DNA of 64,000 nucleotides from a virus, in the IMG/VR virus record IMGVR_UViG_3300023276_001265. The stretch is one strand, 5' to 3'. Shown piece by piece: positions 18,601 to 28,552 of the stretch. The notes under the pieces are model-generated. The model saw only the letters and a list, made by a program, of their open reading frames with translations, was not told the DNA's origin and made no database searches. Position numbers and translations under genes: made by a program. The first letter of the stretch is position 1. Each line of letters opens with the position of its first letter.

Positions 18601-21141
18601 CTAACCAACGAACATCACAACTGCGCCGCCAGTTATGGCCAGGGATGGTGTCAGTGTTATACCGCCAGCCCCGAGGGCCGACGAGACTATGGCAGCGGAG
18701 AAACCGACATTGTTTTGGAAGGATGTCCCCCACCCACCTGTGAGGGCATCCAACACTCCAGCAATCTCTCCTGAAGCTGTACACGTGGTATGGACGTGCC
18801 CATTGCCGCCACCTGTGGCCATGTGGGTGCCGCCGACCGCCCACTGACCCGCACCGGTGATGAACCCGAAGCTGTTCGCAGATTCACTGATACTTCTGAC
18901 AGTCGTGTATCCGGAGAAGATGACGAAGCCGAAGAGAGGGGTAAAGGAGACGACGCCGGTACTTTGACCGGTCAAAGAGTTGGCCCAGGCTAGAGGAACT
19001 ACATCGACCTTTAAAGAGGCTGGGTGAGTGTGGTCTGATGCTGAGGCAAGTAGACTTCCAAGAGGGTTAGCAGCGCCAGACCCACTTTCGATCAAGGGTG
19101 GGGTCCCTGTTTCTAGCGCCAGTCCGGCAGGAGGCGCTACCGCTGTCGACCTGATAGTGATGTTGATCCGCCCTGTTGCTGGATCGTCTTTGACGACGAG
19201 TCCAATATCCGCCCCTTCAATGAAGTTGAGCACTCCCTGAGGCGCACTGATTGCCGTTGCGCCTAGGGTAGAGCCCGTGTCCGTGCCCGCATACTGAGCC
19301 CTGACCGACAGAGGAGCTTCGCCTGGTTGCGCGTCGAGGGCCGCATTGAAGTTTGATTTCTCTGCCGTAAACCACGCTGGGAAATAGAACTGGTAGTCAC
19401 CGGCTGGAAGTGTAGCCGCTACTTCAGCGCCAGCGACCACTGTGTAGAACTCAAGAATGTAACGATGCCGGGTCATGCTGCCGACGTTGATCGCGGTCGG
19501 GCCAACGTAAGGCTTGGCGACTGGAGTGTCGAAGCTCGTGATCGGACCGCCGGTGACCGAGGATATCTCGTAGAACCTTCCATCATCGCCTTCGATGATG
19601 TCTCCAACGTCGAGATCCGCTGGGGTGTTGATGGTTCCCGCAGCTACAACTACCGTCGACGTGCTCGCCGTGAAGTTGAGTTGCTGGCCCGCCGCCAGTG
19701 TCAGGGCTCCTGGATTACTTGCCCCGCCAGGACCGTAGACCACTCGACCATAGATGATCTGGCCGGTGGTGTTGACGAGCTTCTGACCAGTGTCGGAGTC
19801 GACAATGGTTGCTACGTTCCGGCTCTCAATTACGGCCCCAGAGACCTCTGTAACGGCACCTTCTCTTAGGCTCACGGTTGAGACTGTTGCCGTTGCCGCA
19901 GGAGGGCCGCTCTGGTTAATTACCTCGCCGACAAAGAGTGATCCGACAAAATCACCTAACGTGAGTGTGAGCCCGACCACCTCTTTAACGATGGCAGTGC
20001 CACCGCTCGTAGCTCCTGTTATGAGGAGTCCCGGTGTGAAGGTTCCAACCAGTCCGGTGATCACTACGTCAATGAACTCAGATCCATCGTCAGCAATGAT
20101 TACGGGCACTCCTGCTGGTAAGTTAATTCCGGTAGCAGGGGAGATGTCCTTGTACGGCTCAAAGTCCCTATTGCGGGCCGCAAATGATCCGGAGACGTTA
20201 GCAGAGGTTCCAGGGGCAGCGAGTGTGAACTCGTTGCCTCTGACAGTGATGAGATTTTTACCCAGTCTCCCTGCCATGCTTACGTTAGACAGATCAGCTT
20301 TAAGACGCGCTGGGAGTCCAGTCGTTTGAGGAAAGAGCGAGTCGAACGTGCTCCCAGCAGTTCCATCGATGAGTTGGCGTGACGCGATTACCTCTTCTGT
20401 AGTGATCGCGGCAGCGATCAGCTTGGTGATCGAGCCGCCCGGCATGAAGCCGATCCGAGTGCCGTCGAACGCTACGGGCTCGTGTCGTGTCACGGGTGCT
20501 GTCGCAGCAACCGTCAGCACTGCTCCTACCTTTGTCACGACACAGATCAGGACCTCCGCAGCGCCGGACGGTTCTGGGGTAGTTCTGGTAATAATCGAGC
20601 CTAGAGTCGCGGCCCCAACCTCGTAAGACGCCTGAAGGATGACGTAGTAAGTGCCGTCGCTGAATCCTGTGAAGTCCAGCGAGGTGGTGTCTGTGGTTAC
20701 CACATCCAGCATGCGATCACTGCGGCCCGCAGATAGTGCAGAACTGGAGACAACACGCCCTATAGAAACATCCTCTTCTATGAAGAGTGCCACCGTAGCG
20801 GATATAGGACCACTAGTGACGGTCTCCCCTGTTTGGAATATCCCGACCACATTGTCTACGAGGATGTAGCCATCGCTGATTACGCGGATGGTTGCGGTCG
20901 CTCCGCTAATACCGCCGAGGATCGCGCTTCCGATAACGAATGACCCTACCAGCGTAGTGAATGTGATGGCCTTATCGACCTTGAGATCGAGAACAGCTCC
21001 AGTAGGGGACGGGACAAACCCGAGGTAGATCCCACGGGGAAGCCCGAGGAATTTCTTGTTGATGGCATCTGATGTATAGCGTTCAGTCCAACGCGCTTTG
21101 ACGTCGTCCTTTGTGAAAACTTGAACTGGTCCGGCTACCAT
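18601..21141 (-). CDS. Tail fibre/baseplate-associated structural protein
   Basis: 846 aa, T/G/A/V-rich beta protein with repeated FxxGExxTGxxSGATA modules; end of the baseplate operon. Confidence 0.7.
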   Translation of the reverse strand: MVAGPVQVFTKDDVKARWTERYTSDAINKKFLGLPRGIYLGFVPSPTGAVLDLKVDKAITFTTLVGSFVIGSAILGGISGATATIRVISDGYILVDNVVGIFQTGETVTSGPISATVALFIEEDVSIGRVVSSSALSAGRSDRMLDVVTTDTTSLDFTGFSDGTYYVILQASYEVGAATLGSIITRTTPEPSGAAEVLICVVTKVGAVLTVAATAPVTRHEPVAFDGTRIGFMPGGSITKLIAAAITTEEVIASRQLIDGTAGSTFDSLFPQTTGLPARLKADLSNVSMAGRLGKNLITVRGNEFTLAAPGTSANVSGSFAARNRDFEPYKDISPATGINLPAGVPVIIADDGSEFIDVVITGLVGTFTPGLLITGATSGGTAIVKEVVGLTLTLGDFVGSLFVGEVINQSGPPAATATVSTVSLREGAVTEVSGAVIESRNVATIVDSDTGQKLVNTTGQIIYGRVVYGPGGASNPGALTLAAGQQLNFTASTSTVVVAAGTINTPADLDVGDIIEGDDGRFYEISSVTGGPITSFDTPVAKPYVGPTAINVGSMTRHRYILEFYTVVAGAEVAATLPAGDYQFYFPAWFTAEKSNFNAALDAQPGEAPLSVRAQYAGTDTGSTLGATAISAPQGVLNFIEGADIGLVVKDDPATGRINITIRSTAVAPPAGLALETGTPPLIESGSGAANPLGSLLASASDHTHPASLKVDVVPLAWANSLTGQSTGVVSFTPLFGFVIFSGYTTVRSISESANSFGFITGAGQWAVGGTHMATGGGNGHVHTTCTASGEIAGVLDALTGGWGTSFQNNVGFSAAIVSSALGAGGITLTPSLAITGGAVVMFVG

Positions 21142-21143
21142 GC

Positions 21144-22766
21144 TTAAACCCCAGTAATCCTGTCTACGATGCGAAGGAGTAGGTTATCAAAGTCACCATC
21201 AAGGTCGGCGAACGTATCCCAGTTAAAGAAGTAAGGATCGCCAGATGGTGTCGCTGCGAGACTGTCTACGCCGCTATCGGCATCACCTTGCGTCATCGGG
21301 AAATACTGGTCTCCATCGATTGAATACTCAGGGAGTATTCCAACAGTACGCGCCGGATCGGCCTTTACGATGTAATCAATCCTAACCCGACCAGGGAAAG
21401 GTTGTGCGGCACTTGTGATGTGGACCGTTGGCTGCAGATTTGTAAAGGTTGCGCCTTCGCCTGTGCGCGTAGCTGGTAGAAGAAAGTCGGACCCGGTAAT
21501 GATCCCTTCTTCTACAAGAGCGGAGGCCCCATCCCAGGATGTAACTAGAGTCGTCCCTGCGTTCAGGTCGCGGATCAAAAGAGTCTGAAGAATGTTATCG
21601 CGGCGTCGGTCATCGGTGTATAGCGTAATGCCGAGGCTCGTCTTGGCCGCTATCGCTGAGGGGAGGATAGTGTTTGTCAGATCCAAGAACGAAAGAGGAA
21701 ATAGCTTACTGGTTGTTTTCGCCAACTTGGTGCTACCAGACCCAGAGTAAAACAAGCAGAGGTCGTCAGTCTTGTTGACGAACATCGACCACATACCGGC
21801 ATCTCCCGATACGGTTGCGATACCAACGTCACCGACTCCTGTGAAGATGACAGCCGTCCACTGCGGGGCAGGGACAACGAGAGGGGCTTCCCAGCTCGCG
21901 TCGAGCGAGTAGATCCTGATAGGACCATTGACCGTCTTCGGCTGCATAAAGTAGAGATTGCCATCCCAGCTTGCAAAGCTCCCGAGCAGGTTCGCTGAGC
22001 CCGATGCTCCCGTAAGGAACGTGTCGCTTCCGGTATCCGGTGCAGCGTTTACGAATGATGTGCTCGACGAAAAGTTTCCAGTGGCACCGCTGTTAAGACC
22101 GGTGACTACATCACCTATGGCAAAGCCAGTTCCTGAGACCGTATCAATGCGAAGCAGGGAACCGCTGAAGCTCCTGACCACACCTGTAGTTAGGCTAACG
22201 CTTCCGGTAACGGTCTCACCTGCTGTGTAGGCCCCTACGATACCGGCGAGCGTAATGAACCTGGCTAGGGGCGCATAACTCCACAGACCAATCGCCGTTG
22301 CAAACCAAATGGCGCCACGATATACGATTGAGTCTCCACCGTTTGATGCGCCGATTACGGCCAGCTCAGTCAAAGGCGTTGACCACGTAGTTCCGTCAGT
22401 AGACGACGAGACCGAGATTCCGTCCCCCGCGCCCGCTTCGTCTGACCACAGGGCCACAACGGTGTCATTGACGATCTGTAAGCAGATTGGCGTAAGGACA
22501 TGCCCAACTAGAGGAGAGAACGGCCCAGCAACGACGGACCATGTCCCAGCTATCAGCTGGTGAACTTCTATGTCCCCGACGGCGGACACGACGAGTATCA
22601 GGGGATTTCCCTGGAATACGGTGTAGATATTCACACAACGCGCTGGAAATGGCGCTGCAGTTTGCACGCCAGTGATGACAGTGCCTAAATCTGTGGCCGT
22701 AGCCTCCACCGTGTTGATGGTTACTGGCTGGCCAGTCGACCTCTTTAGCGCAAACGCTTTAGCCAT
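21144..22766 (-). CDS. Baseplate/tail structural protein
   Basis: 540 aa, beta-rich; Asp-box SSTDGTTWS; same GETVTG module. Confidence 0.65.
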   Translation of the reverse strand: MAKAFALKRSTGQPVTINTVEATATDLGTVITGVQTAAPFPARCVNIYTVFQGNPLILVVSAVGDIEVHQLIAGTWSVVAGPFSPLVGHVLTPICLQIVNDTVVALWSDEAGAGDGISVSSSTDGTTWSTPLTELAVIGASNGGDSIVYRGAIWFATAIGLWSYAPLARFITLAGIVGAYTAGETVTGSVSLTTGVVRSFSGSLLRIDTVSGTGFAIGDVVTGLNSGATGNFSSSTSFVNAAPDTGSDTFLTGASGSANLLGSFASWDGNLYFMQPKTVNGPIRIYSLDASWEAPLVVPAPQWTAVIFTGVGDVGIATVSGDAGMWSMFVNKTDDLCLFYSGSGSTKLAKTTSKLFPLSFLDLTNTILPSAIAAKTSLGITLYTDDRRRDNILQTLLIRDLNAGTTLVTSWDGASALVEEGIITGSDFLLPATRTGEGATFTNLQPTVHITSAAQPFPGRVRIDYIVKADPARTVGILPEYSIDGDQYFPMTQGDADSGVDSLAATPSGDPYFFNWDTFADLDGDFDNLLLRIVDRITGV

Positions 22767-22776
22767 TTAACCCTCT

Positions 22777-24585
22777 CTAGACCGCGACGTCTGCTGATAC
22801 AGGACCGGTTGTCCATACCTGCGAAGTTGCTAGTTGATTTCCGACCACTGAAGCTGACCACACGGCAGCTGCGGACGAGTCCGCATTAACCCCAGCTATC
22901 CGCCACACCTGTGATGACGCACGTGCCCCATCGAACGAAATTTTATCAAACTCGACGTGAATCGGCCTAAAAGACTCTAGAGCGAGCAGAACTCGGGCCG
23001 CGACATCGGTAAAGTTCTCGATTTCGGTGTTGTCTGGGGTAAAGAAGAAGAGTCTCAGTGAGTGAGACCGGCACTCACCATCGGTGATGATCCCTCCCCT
23101 AATTCTCACAGGTCTGAGCGTGTCGGGCCATTCTTCGTATCTGTCCGTCTTGATGAGGTCTATAGGCAGGAGGTCCGCACTCACCTCATCGTAGGACGCT
23201 AAGAACTGGGTAGGGCCAGCAGTAAGTAGTTCGACAACGAAGTTAACCGTGGAACCGGCCAGAAGAGGCACAGTCTCTCCGACCATCGATCCGCCGATGT
23301 AATCAATTGTGCCGTACGAGATTGCGTCAATGGTGGCCGAGTTGGCCCCAGAGGTAATAGTTTCCCCAACAGAAAATCCTGGGAGAGTGATCAATTCGAC
23401 GTTGATAGCTGATCCGCTGACACTTCCCACCAACCCTACAGAGGTGCTAGTGCCGCCAGTGACCTCGTCATCTGCGATAAACGCGCCAACTATGGCTGAG
23501 AGCGTAAGGCGAGCCCGTAGAGGACCAGGCACTAGTTGAGTGGTAATTCCGGCGATAGCGCGGCCTGAGCCCGTCAGACAGCGCAGAACTTCTCCGGGAG
23601 TGAACCCGGCAAGCGTGGTAATCCGGTCAATGATCATGAAAGACGTTTTGAAGTCTCTGAGAACTGCGGTAGTCCCAGATGTTTCTCCTACGAACGTATC
23701 CCCAGCAGCGATTACATCTGGCGAGGTGATGGTAACCGTAGCTGTAGCGAGAGACGTGGTGTCGAGGATAGCGCCTGTCCCAAACACGCCAGCAGTAGTG
23801 ACAACATTGATAGAGGAGGCGCCTATGGCGATGATCGTCCCGGTTGTGGCGCCCTGGGTGACCGTGTTGCCGACTCCGAAAAGCCCGACGATTGACGTGA
23901 GAGACAGAGTAGTAGTAGGGGTAATATCGATGCGAGTAAGTGGACCGTTTTGCTGATTGCCAGTTCCGAATAGCGAACCAAGTTCGTCATCGCTGATCTG
24001 TTCCGAAATACCGTATTTCGTGGTCACGTTGATGTGTAAGGTTCCAGGGCCGATAGGACGTGGATTGAGGAGAGTTGTGGAAAGATCGAACGGAGTTGCG
24101 AGCTCTCCAATAGTGCTGAGAACATGGTCCGCAGGCCCACAGGTCTGGGCCCACAGTGGGGTGGTCGTAACGAGCAGTCCTTCAAATGCGGCAGTGATGT
24201 CGTAACCCTTATCGGTGCCCTTATTCACCCAGAGTGTGCTGGCATTGAGGACCGAGCTTCGCTGTAGGCCTTCAGACTTGGTTGGATCGACCGTAATCCC
24301 GACGTTGTAGGCCAGCTGCGGGAGTTGGTCTAACGGAACCCTGATCGCATCCCACAGAGTTAAAAACTGGTGCCATTTGATCCGTAGATCCTGGTAGGAC
24401 GGTTTGAGCGCCGATTGGAACTTTCTTAGTGGCTGCTGGACCGAGCTTCCTGTTGGACCTTCTTCATCACAATCCCTGTAAGTCTCTGGAATAGCTTTCC
24501 AGAGCATCTCTTCGGCCCAATCACCAAACCCGAATTGGTGACTTCCGAACGGATTGTGTCCCCAACCGATAGAGGAATCAGGCAC
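22777..24585 (-). CDS. Baseplate wedge protein (P2 gpI / T4 gp7-like)
   Basis: LPQLAYNVG..NKGTDKG motif; C-terminal LESFRPIHV; lies downstream of the gp6/J gene. Confidence 0.7.
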   Translation of the reverse strand: MPDSSIGWGHNPFGSHQFGFGDWAEEMLWKAIPETYRDCDEEGPTGSSVQQPLRKFQSALKPSYQDLRIKWHQFLTLWDAIRVPLDQLPQLAYNVGITVDPTKSEGLQRSSVLNASTLWVNKGTDKGYDITAAFEGLLVTTTPLWAQTCGPADHVLSTIGELATPFDLSTTLLNPRPIGPGTLHINVTTKYGISEQISDDELGSLFGTGNQQNGPLTRIDITPTTTLSLTSIVGLFGVGNTVTQGATTGTIIAIGASSINVVTTAGVFGTGAILDTTSLATATVTITSPDVIAAGDTFVGETSGTTAVLRDFKTSFMIIDRITTLAGFTPGEVLRCLTGSGRAIAGITTQLVPGPLRARLTLSAIVGAFIADDEVTGGTSTSVGLVGSVSGSAINVELITLPGFSVGETITSGANSATIDAISYGTIDYIGGSMVGETVPLLAGSTVNFVVELLTAGPTQFLASYDEVSADLLPIDLIKTDRYEEWPDTLRPVRIRGGIITDGECRSHSLRLFFFTPDNTEIENFTDVAARVLLALESFRPIHVEFDKISFDGARASSQVWRIAGVNADSSAAAVWSASVVGNQLATSQVWTTGPVSADVAV

Positions 24586-25598
24586 TAGAACTCGACCTCG
24601 CGGAAGACGGTGAACCTCTCACCGGTAACCGCAGGAATGGTGATCGTGACCAGACCAGATGGTAGATCCAGTGTGTAGTCATCTGGAGCAGATTGGATCG
24701 AACCGTTTCGGTGGAACTCGATGCGCTGCAGAGCTGGGTAATCCAGAGATGTGACAAGCATGTCGATTTGGAAGGTCCCTGAGAGGGGATCAACGACACG
24801 CGGCGCCATATGTTGGTGATCGCCGGTAGTAATGATTGGAGGGAAGGTCTCCATCAAGATGACGAATCGCTCTGGATCCGGATCGAGGAGGTTCGGCCGA
24901 AAGCTGGGTACTACAAGCGTGACCAGTCCGGTACCAGTGTCTACAGAGTAATCATCTGGCTCACTCTGGAACTCGCCGTTACGGAAGAGCCTAATCCGCT
25001 TGAGGAGCGCCGGGGCGAAGCTGGCAATGTTCAGATCAAGGATTGATGTCCCTGAAAGTGGGGGCTCTATGATCTTCGCCGTCTGATGCTCGTGTGGTTG
25101 GACAGTAGATCCGGTGCCTCCACCGAATATCTCTCCAGACTCTCCATCCTTCAGGGACTTTCCGTCAGCGAAGAATACAGTTGTCCCTACCCGCGTGGCG
25201 AGGAGAGTGATGTCGTGGAGTCGTGTGCCAGGAATTAGAGTGATCGGGCCAACAATTAGAGAGGCGATCTGATTTCCAACGAGCAGTCGGGGGTGCTTGA
25301 AATAGGCACACTCGCCATCCAGTAGTACTACAGAACCACCGGGGGCAGGCGGACCTTGAATGGTGATGTTCCAGACCGTTGTCTTGGTGCGGATTTCCAC
25401 TGGGTTCGACCATATAAGAGCGCCCGTAGTGGCGCTCCAGGAGAAAGACCCACCTCCGGACCACACAAAGTTATCGTTCTCAGCAAGAGCCCAATCGGCC
25501 ATGTCGGTAGCGAGAAAGTAAGACTTGATGGTCGGGTAGTAGGGCTCCTCGAACTCTGTCGGGATCGGGAATTCATTTTGTGGGGTTAGGTCGGCCAT
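24585..25598 (-). CDS. Structural protein with two repeated C-terminal beta domains
   Basis: Duplicated RIxxxRNGxxQSxPDDYxxDxxxGLVT unit. Confidence 0.65.
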   Translation of the reverse strand: MADLTPQNEFPIPTEFEEPYYPTIKSYFLATDMADWALAENDNFVWSGGGSFSWSATTGALIWSNPVEIRTKTTVWNITIQGPPAPGGSVVLLDGECAYFKHPRLLVGNQIASLIVGPITLIPGTRLHDITLLATRVGTTVFFADGKSLKDGESGEIFGGGTGSTVQPHEHQTAKIIEPPLSGTSILDLNIASFAPALLKRIRLFRNGEFQSEPDDYSVDTGTGLVTLVVPSFRPNLLDPDPERFVILMETFPPIITTGDHQHMAPRVVDPLSGTFQIDMLVTSLDYPALQRIEFHRNGSIQSAPDDYTLDLPSGLVTITIPAVTGERFTVFREVEF

Positions 25599-25611
25599 TG
25601 TTTCCTATCTC

Positions 25612-28176
25612 CTACAAGAGCGATATATCAGGAGAAGCGCCCATCGTAATCACCTCGAACTCCGAGATTTCGAGATCGCCGAACGAGTTGAGTCTGGTGG
25701 AGCTAATATCGTCCCCGATGTTGTTTCGCACAACCACTGTGATGTGGGAATAGTCGACCCCCGTGATAGCCTCGACTGTCTGGTAGAGGTCTCCAGCCCT
25801 AAGAGAGTCGCCAAACTCCCGACCAATCAGGAGACTTTGAACTGCCGTACGAACATTGTCGACGATGCCGATTCGTATCTCATCACTGGTGATGTTACTA
25901 AGGGTTTTGACACCAATGATGGCATCCACCGATAGTAGGTTGACGGAACCATCTGTTACGACCGCCTCCACAGTGCTTTCAGCGATACCATTCAAAAACG
26001 TCGCTAGGTTTCTTGCCAGGCCTTCACTGGCAGGGACGTAGCGCCCGATCGAATCGGCCGCGAGGATCTGCGCGTTGACCACATTAGCCGAACAGTTTGA
26101 TGACAGGATAGCTTCGACGTAGTCCGAGAGGCGAGTTGTGAGCGAGGTTGGGACGTTGAGGGCGATCAGGCTAGCAATAATGCTCTGGGCTTCAGCGTCA
26201 GCAATAGCTGACCTAGGCGATGTGGCACGGCCTTTAGATACCGCGCCAAACACAGGATCAACGTAAGAGTTGATCCAGCCCGTTAGGTCGTCAGCCGTGA
26301 CCGCCCGTCCAGCTGCTTGGAATACTTGAGGGGCGTTGACCTTGATGCTGTTCAGCGGCTCTGGGTCAGACCCTGGAGTAGACGGGGACGTGTTTGAGAG
26401 CACGGTCGAGATGGTGGTCGTCCCGGCCACAATTGGAGTGGTGAAGTTTCCAATCGTGTCAGAGGCAATCGACCCAAATACGCCAGATGTTACGAAGAAC
26501 GTGACGATGATCTCCGCATCTTTAGGTGGAATGTTTCCGGCAATACCATCGCCGAAGATCACGCGCGGAGGGGACAGGCCATACTCGATCTCAACCTGAT
26601 CAGTCTGCTCATACGCTAGTAGAGCGGTCTCCGGCCACAGAATGCCAGCTACTGAGGTAACAGGCGATCCCTGGGCGATGGTAGAGGTTCCCGGTACAGA
26701 GAGTTCGTATATCTGGAACGGCTCTCCAGTGCTACGGAACACAGCCTGAAGCGTTCTCCCCTCCCGCATCTGAACGATCTTGATCGGATCATCAATCCCA
26801 TTGTTGATCGGATCCCATGTGACTGCTGAATTGATCGACACGAAGATGCCGCCATCGGTTGACCCAGCGTAGACGGTTACCGGGGTCAACGGATCAATAG
26901 CAAGGGCCTGATTGTTCGTGGCCGTCAGACCAGAAACAGCTGTGGCCCAGTTTGCGCCGCTATCGACGGTCTTAAAGACACCAGAGTCACTTGATGCCGC
27001 GTAAATGATCGATGGGGTGACCGGGTCGATTTTAATGTCTACTGGGGAGGTTGCGGTGAAACCGGCGTTAGTCTGGGCCCAGAGTGCACCAGATGTCGTC
27101 GTCTTGTAGATCCCCCCGCCTACGGTAGCCAAGTAGATCGTTGCGGGGGTGACTGGGTCGATGGCGATGTCTGTGACGTTGGTATCTGCGAGCCCGGTGT
27201 TCGATGCGGACCATGACAGGGCAGAGTTGATGGTCTTGAATACTCCCCCGCTGAACATTCCCGCGTAGATAGTAGCCGGGGTAACAGGATCGATGGCAAT
27301 GGACTGAATGACAAAATCAATGATTCCTACGTTGACCGACGACCACGTAGTCCCTGAGTTGATTGACTTGTACAGCCCGCCAGCGTTTGTCCCGGCGTAA
27401 AGCGTCGAAGGGGTAACCGGGTCGACTGCAAGCGCGGTTATCTTGATGTTCGACAAGCCGGTGCTGGAGGGTCCCCACGTTAGTCCGCCATCTGTCGTCT
27501 TGAAGACCCCAGAAGTAAGCGTCCCTGCGTAGAGGGTGGTAGGTGAAAGCGGATCAATAACCAACGCCGTTATGTTGGTGTTGCTCAGACCACTATTGGC
27601 AGAACTCCACAGCGTACCGGATGAGAGTGTTTTCAACACTCCGGACGTTGTGGCCGCATAGATCGTCGCTGGTGTCGCTGGATCGATGACCAGTTCGACC
27701 ACGTTCATGCCCAGGGGCAGCCCAGCGCCAACTTGACCAGGATCAAACACGAGATCCGCTAGGGTCTCGAAGCCTAGCCCGTCAGGTCCGGACGCCTTCT
27801 GACCCTTCGGAATGGTGAGTTGCACTGGAGGGGCTGTTACGAGCTGGACTCTTACATCAACTACGGCTGGAACTGACGAGGTGGTCTTGTAGCCCAACTG
27901 ACGGGCGATAGTGACGGCCGCAAAACGCAAGCGTGCGTATTGAAGTGTGACGTCATCGCCCTGACGATCTCCATACCACGACAGGGTAGAGAGGGCGTTA
28001 GCGTTCGCCTCGATGAGCATGACTCCCTGCTCAGATGCGACGATGTTTGATGCTACATCTGCGCCAAATGTGGCGTTGATCGCATCAATGATCTCCTGAC
28101 GATGGGTGTCGAAGTCTTTGCCGAAAAATGTGGACCGTGTCAGGAGCCGTGCGGTTGGGCTAAGTTCGATGCTCAT
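25612..28176 (-). CDS. Baseplate wedge subunit (T4 gp6 / baseplate J-like) with an inserted 7-bladed BNR/VPS10-type beta-propeller
   Basis: gp6 motifs KDFD, ARQLGYK, FGDGIAGNIPP, RAVTADD; seven ~44-aa AIDPxTPxTIYAGT..GVFKT..GxTW repeats. Confidence 0.88.
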   Translation of the reverse strand: MSIELSPTARLLTRSTFFGKDFDTHRQEIIDAINATFGADVASNIVASEQGVMLIEANANALSTLSWYGDRQGDDVTLQYARLRFAAVTIARQLGYKTTSSVPAVVDVRVQLVTAPPVQLTIPKGQKASGPDGLGFETLADLVFDPGQVGAGLPLGMNVVELVIDPATPATIYAATTSGVLKTLSSGTLWSSANSGLSNTNITALVIDPLSPTTLYAGTLTSGVFKTTDGGLTWGPSSTGLSNIKITALAVDPVTPSTLYAGTNAGGLYKSINSGTTWSSVNVGIIDFVIQSIAIDPVTPATIYAGMFSGGVFKTINSALSWSASNTGLADTNVTDIAIDPVTPATIYLATVGGGIYKTTTSGALWAQTNAGFTATSPVDIKIDPVTPSIIYAASSDSGVFKTVDSGANWATAVSGLTATNNQALAIDPLTPVTVYAGSTDGGIFVSINSAVTWDPINNGIDDPIKIVQMREGRTLQAVFRSTGEPFQIYELSVPGTSTIAQGSPVTSVAGILWPETALLAYEQTDQVEIEYGLSPPRVIFGDGIAGNIPPKDAEIIVTFFVTSGVFGSIASDTIGNFTTPIVAGTTTISTVLSNTSPSTPGSDPEPLNSIKVNAPQVFQAAGRAVTADDLTGWINSYVDPVFGAVSKGRATSPRSAIADAEAQSIIASLIALNVPTSLTTRLSDYVEAILSSNCSANVVNAQILAADSIGRYVPASEGLARNLATFLNGIAESTVEAVVTDGSVNLLSVDAIIGVKTLSNITSDEIRIGIVDNVRTAVQSLLIGREFGDSLRAGDLYQTVEAITGVDYSHITVVVRNNIGDDISSTRLNSFGDLEISEFEVITMGASPDISLL

Positions 28177-28182
28177 TGTCCG

Positions 28183-28551
28183 TTACACCACTCGTGGGAG
28201 GGCCAAAGTCGTTCTGGCTTCAAGGTTTCCACTAGACCTCCATGTTACATGGAGGGTGATCGTAGTATCGTCCAGCTCGAACAAAACATCTTGAACAGCG
28301 ACCCTTGGCTCCCATACTGAAATGGCCCGAAACACCTCAGCACGAGCGCGGAACCCGGTGGCCCTTGAGATCGAATCGAACAGAATAATGCGTAGGTAAG
28401 ACCCGAAGGTCGACCGCATTACGCGTTCTCCTGGAATCGTGCTTAGGATTGTGAATACGGAGTCGTGAAGACACTTCTCATCCACACACGACTCTGGATA
28501 ACCACGACTCGTGAACTTGAAGGGGACTGAGATTCCTTTGATTCTGGTCAT
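28183..28551 (-). CDS. Baseplate wedge protein, gp25/gpW-like
   Basis: GISVPF..ILSTIPGERVMRSTFGS..WEPRV. Confidence 0.9.
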   Translation of the reverse strand: MTRIKGISVPFKFTSRGYPESCVDEKCLHDSVFTILSTIPGERVMRSTFGSYLRIILFDSISRATGFRARAEVFRAISVWEPRVAVQDVLFELDDTTITLHVTWRSSGNLEARTTLALPRVV

Positions 28552-28552
28552 G

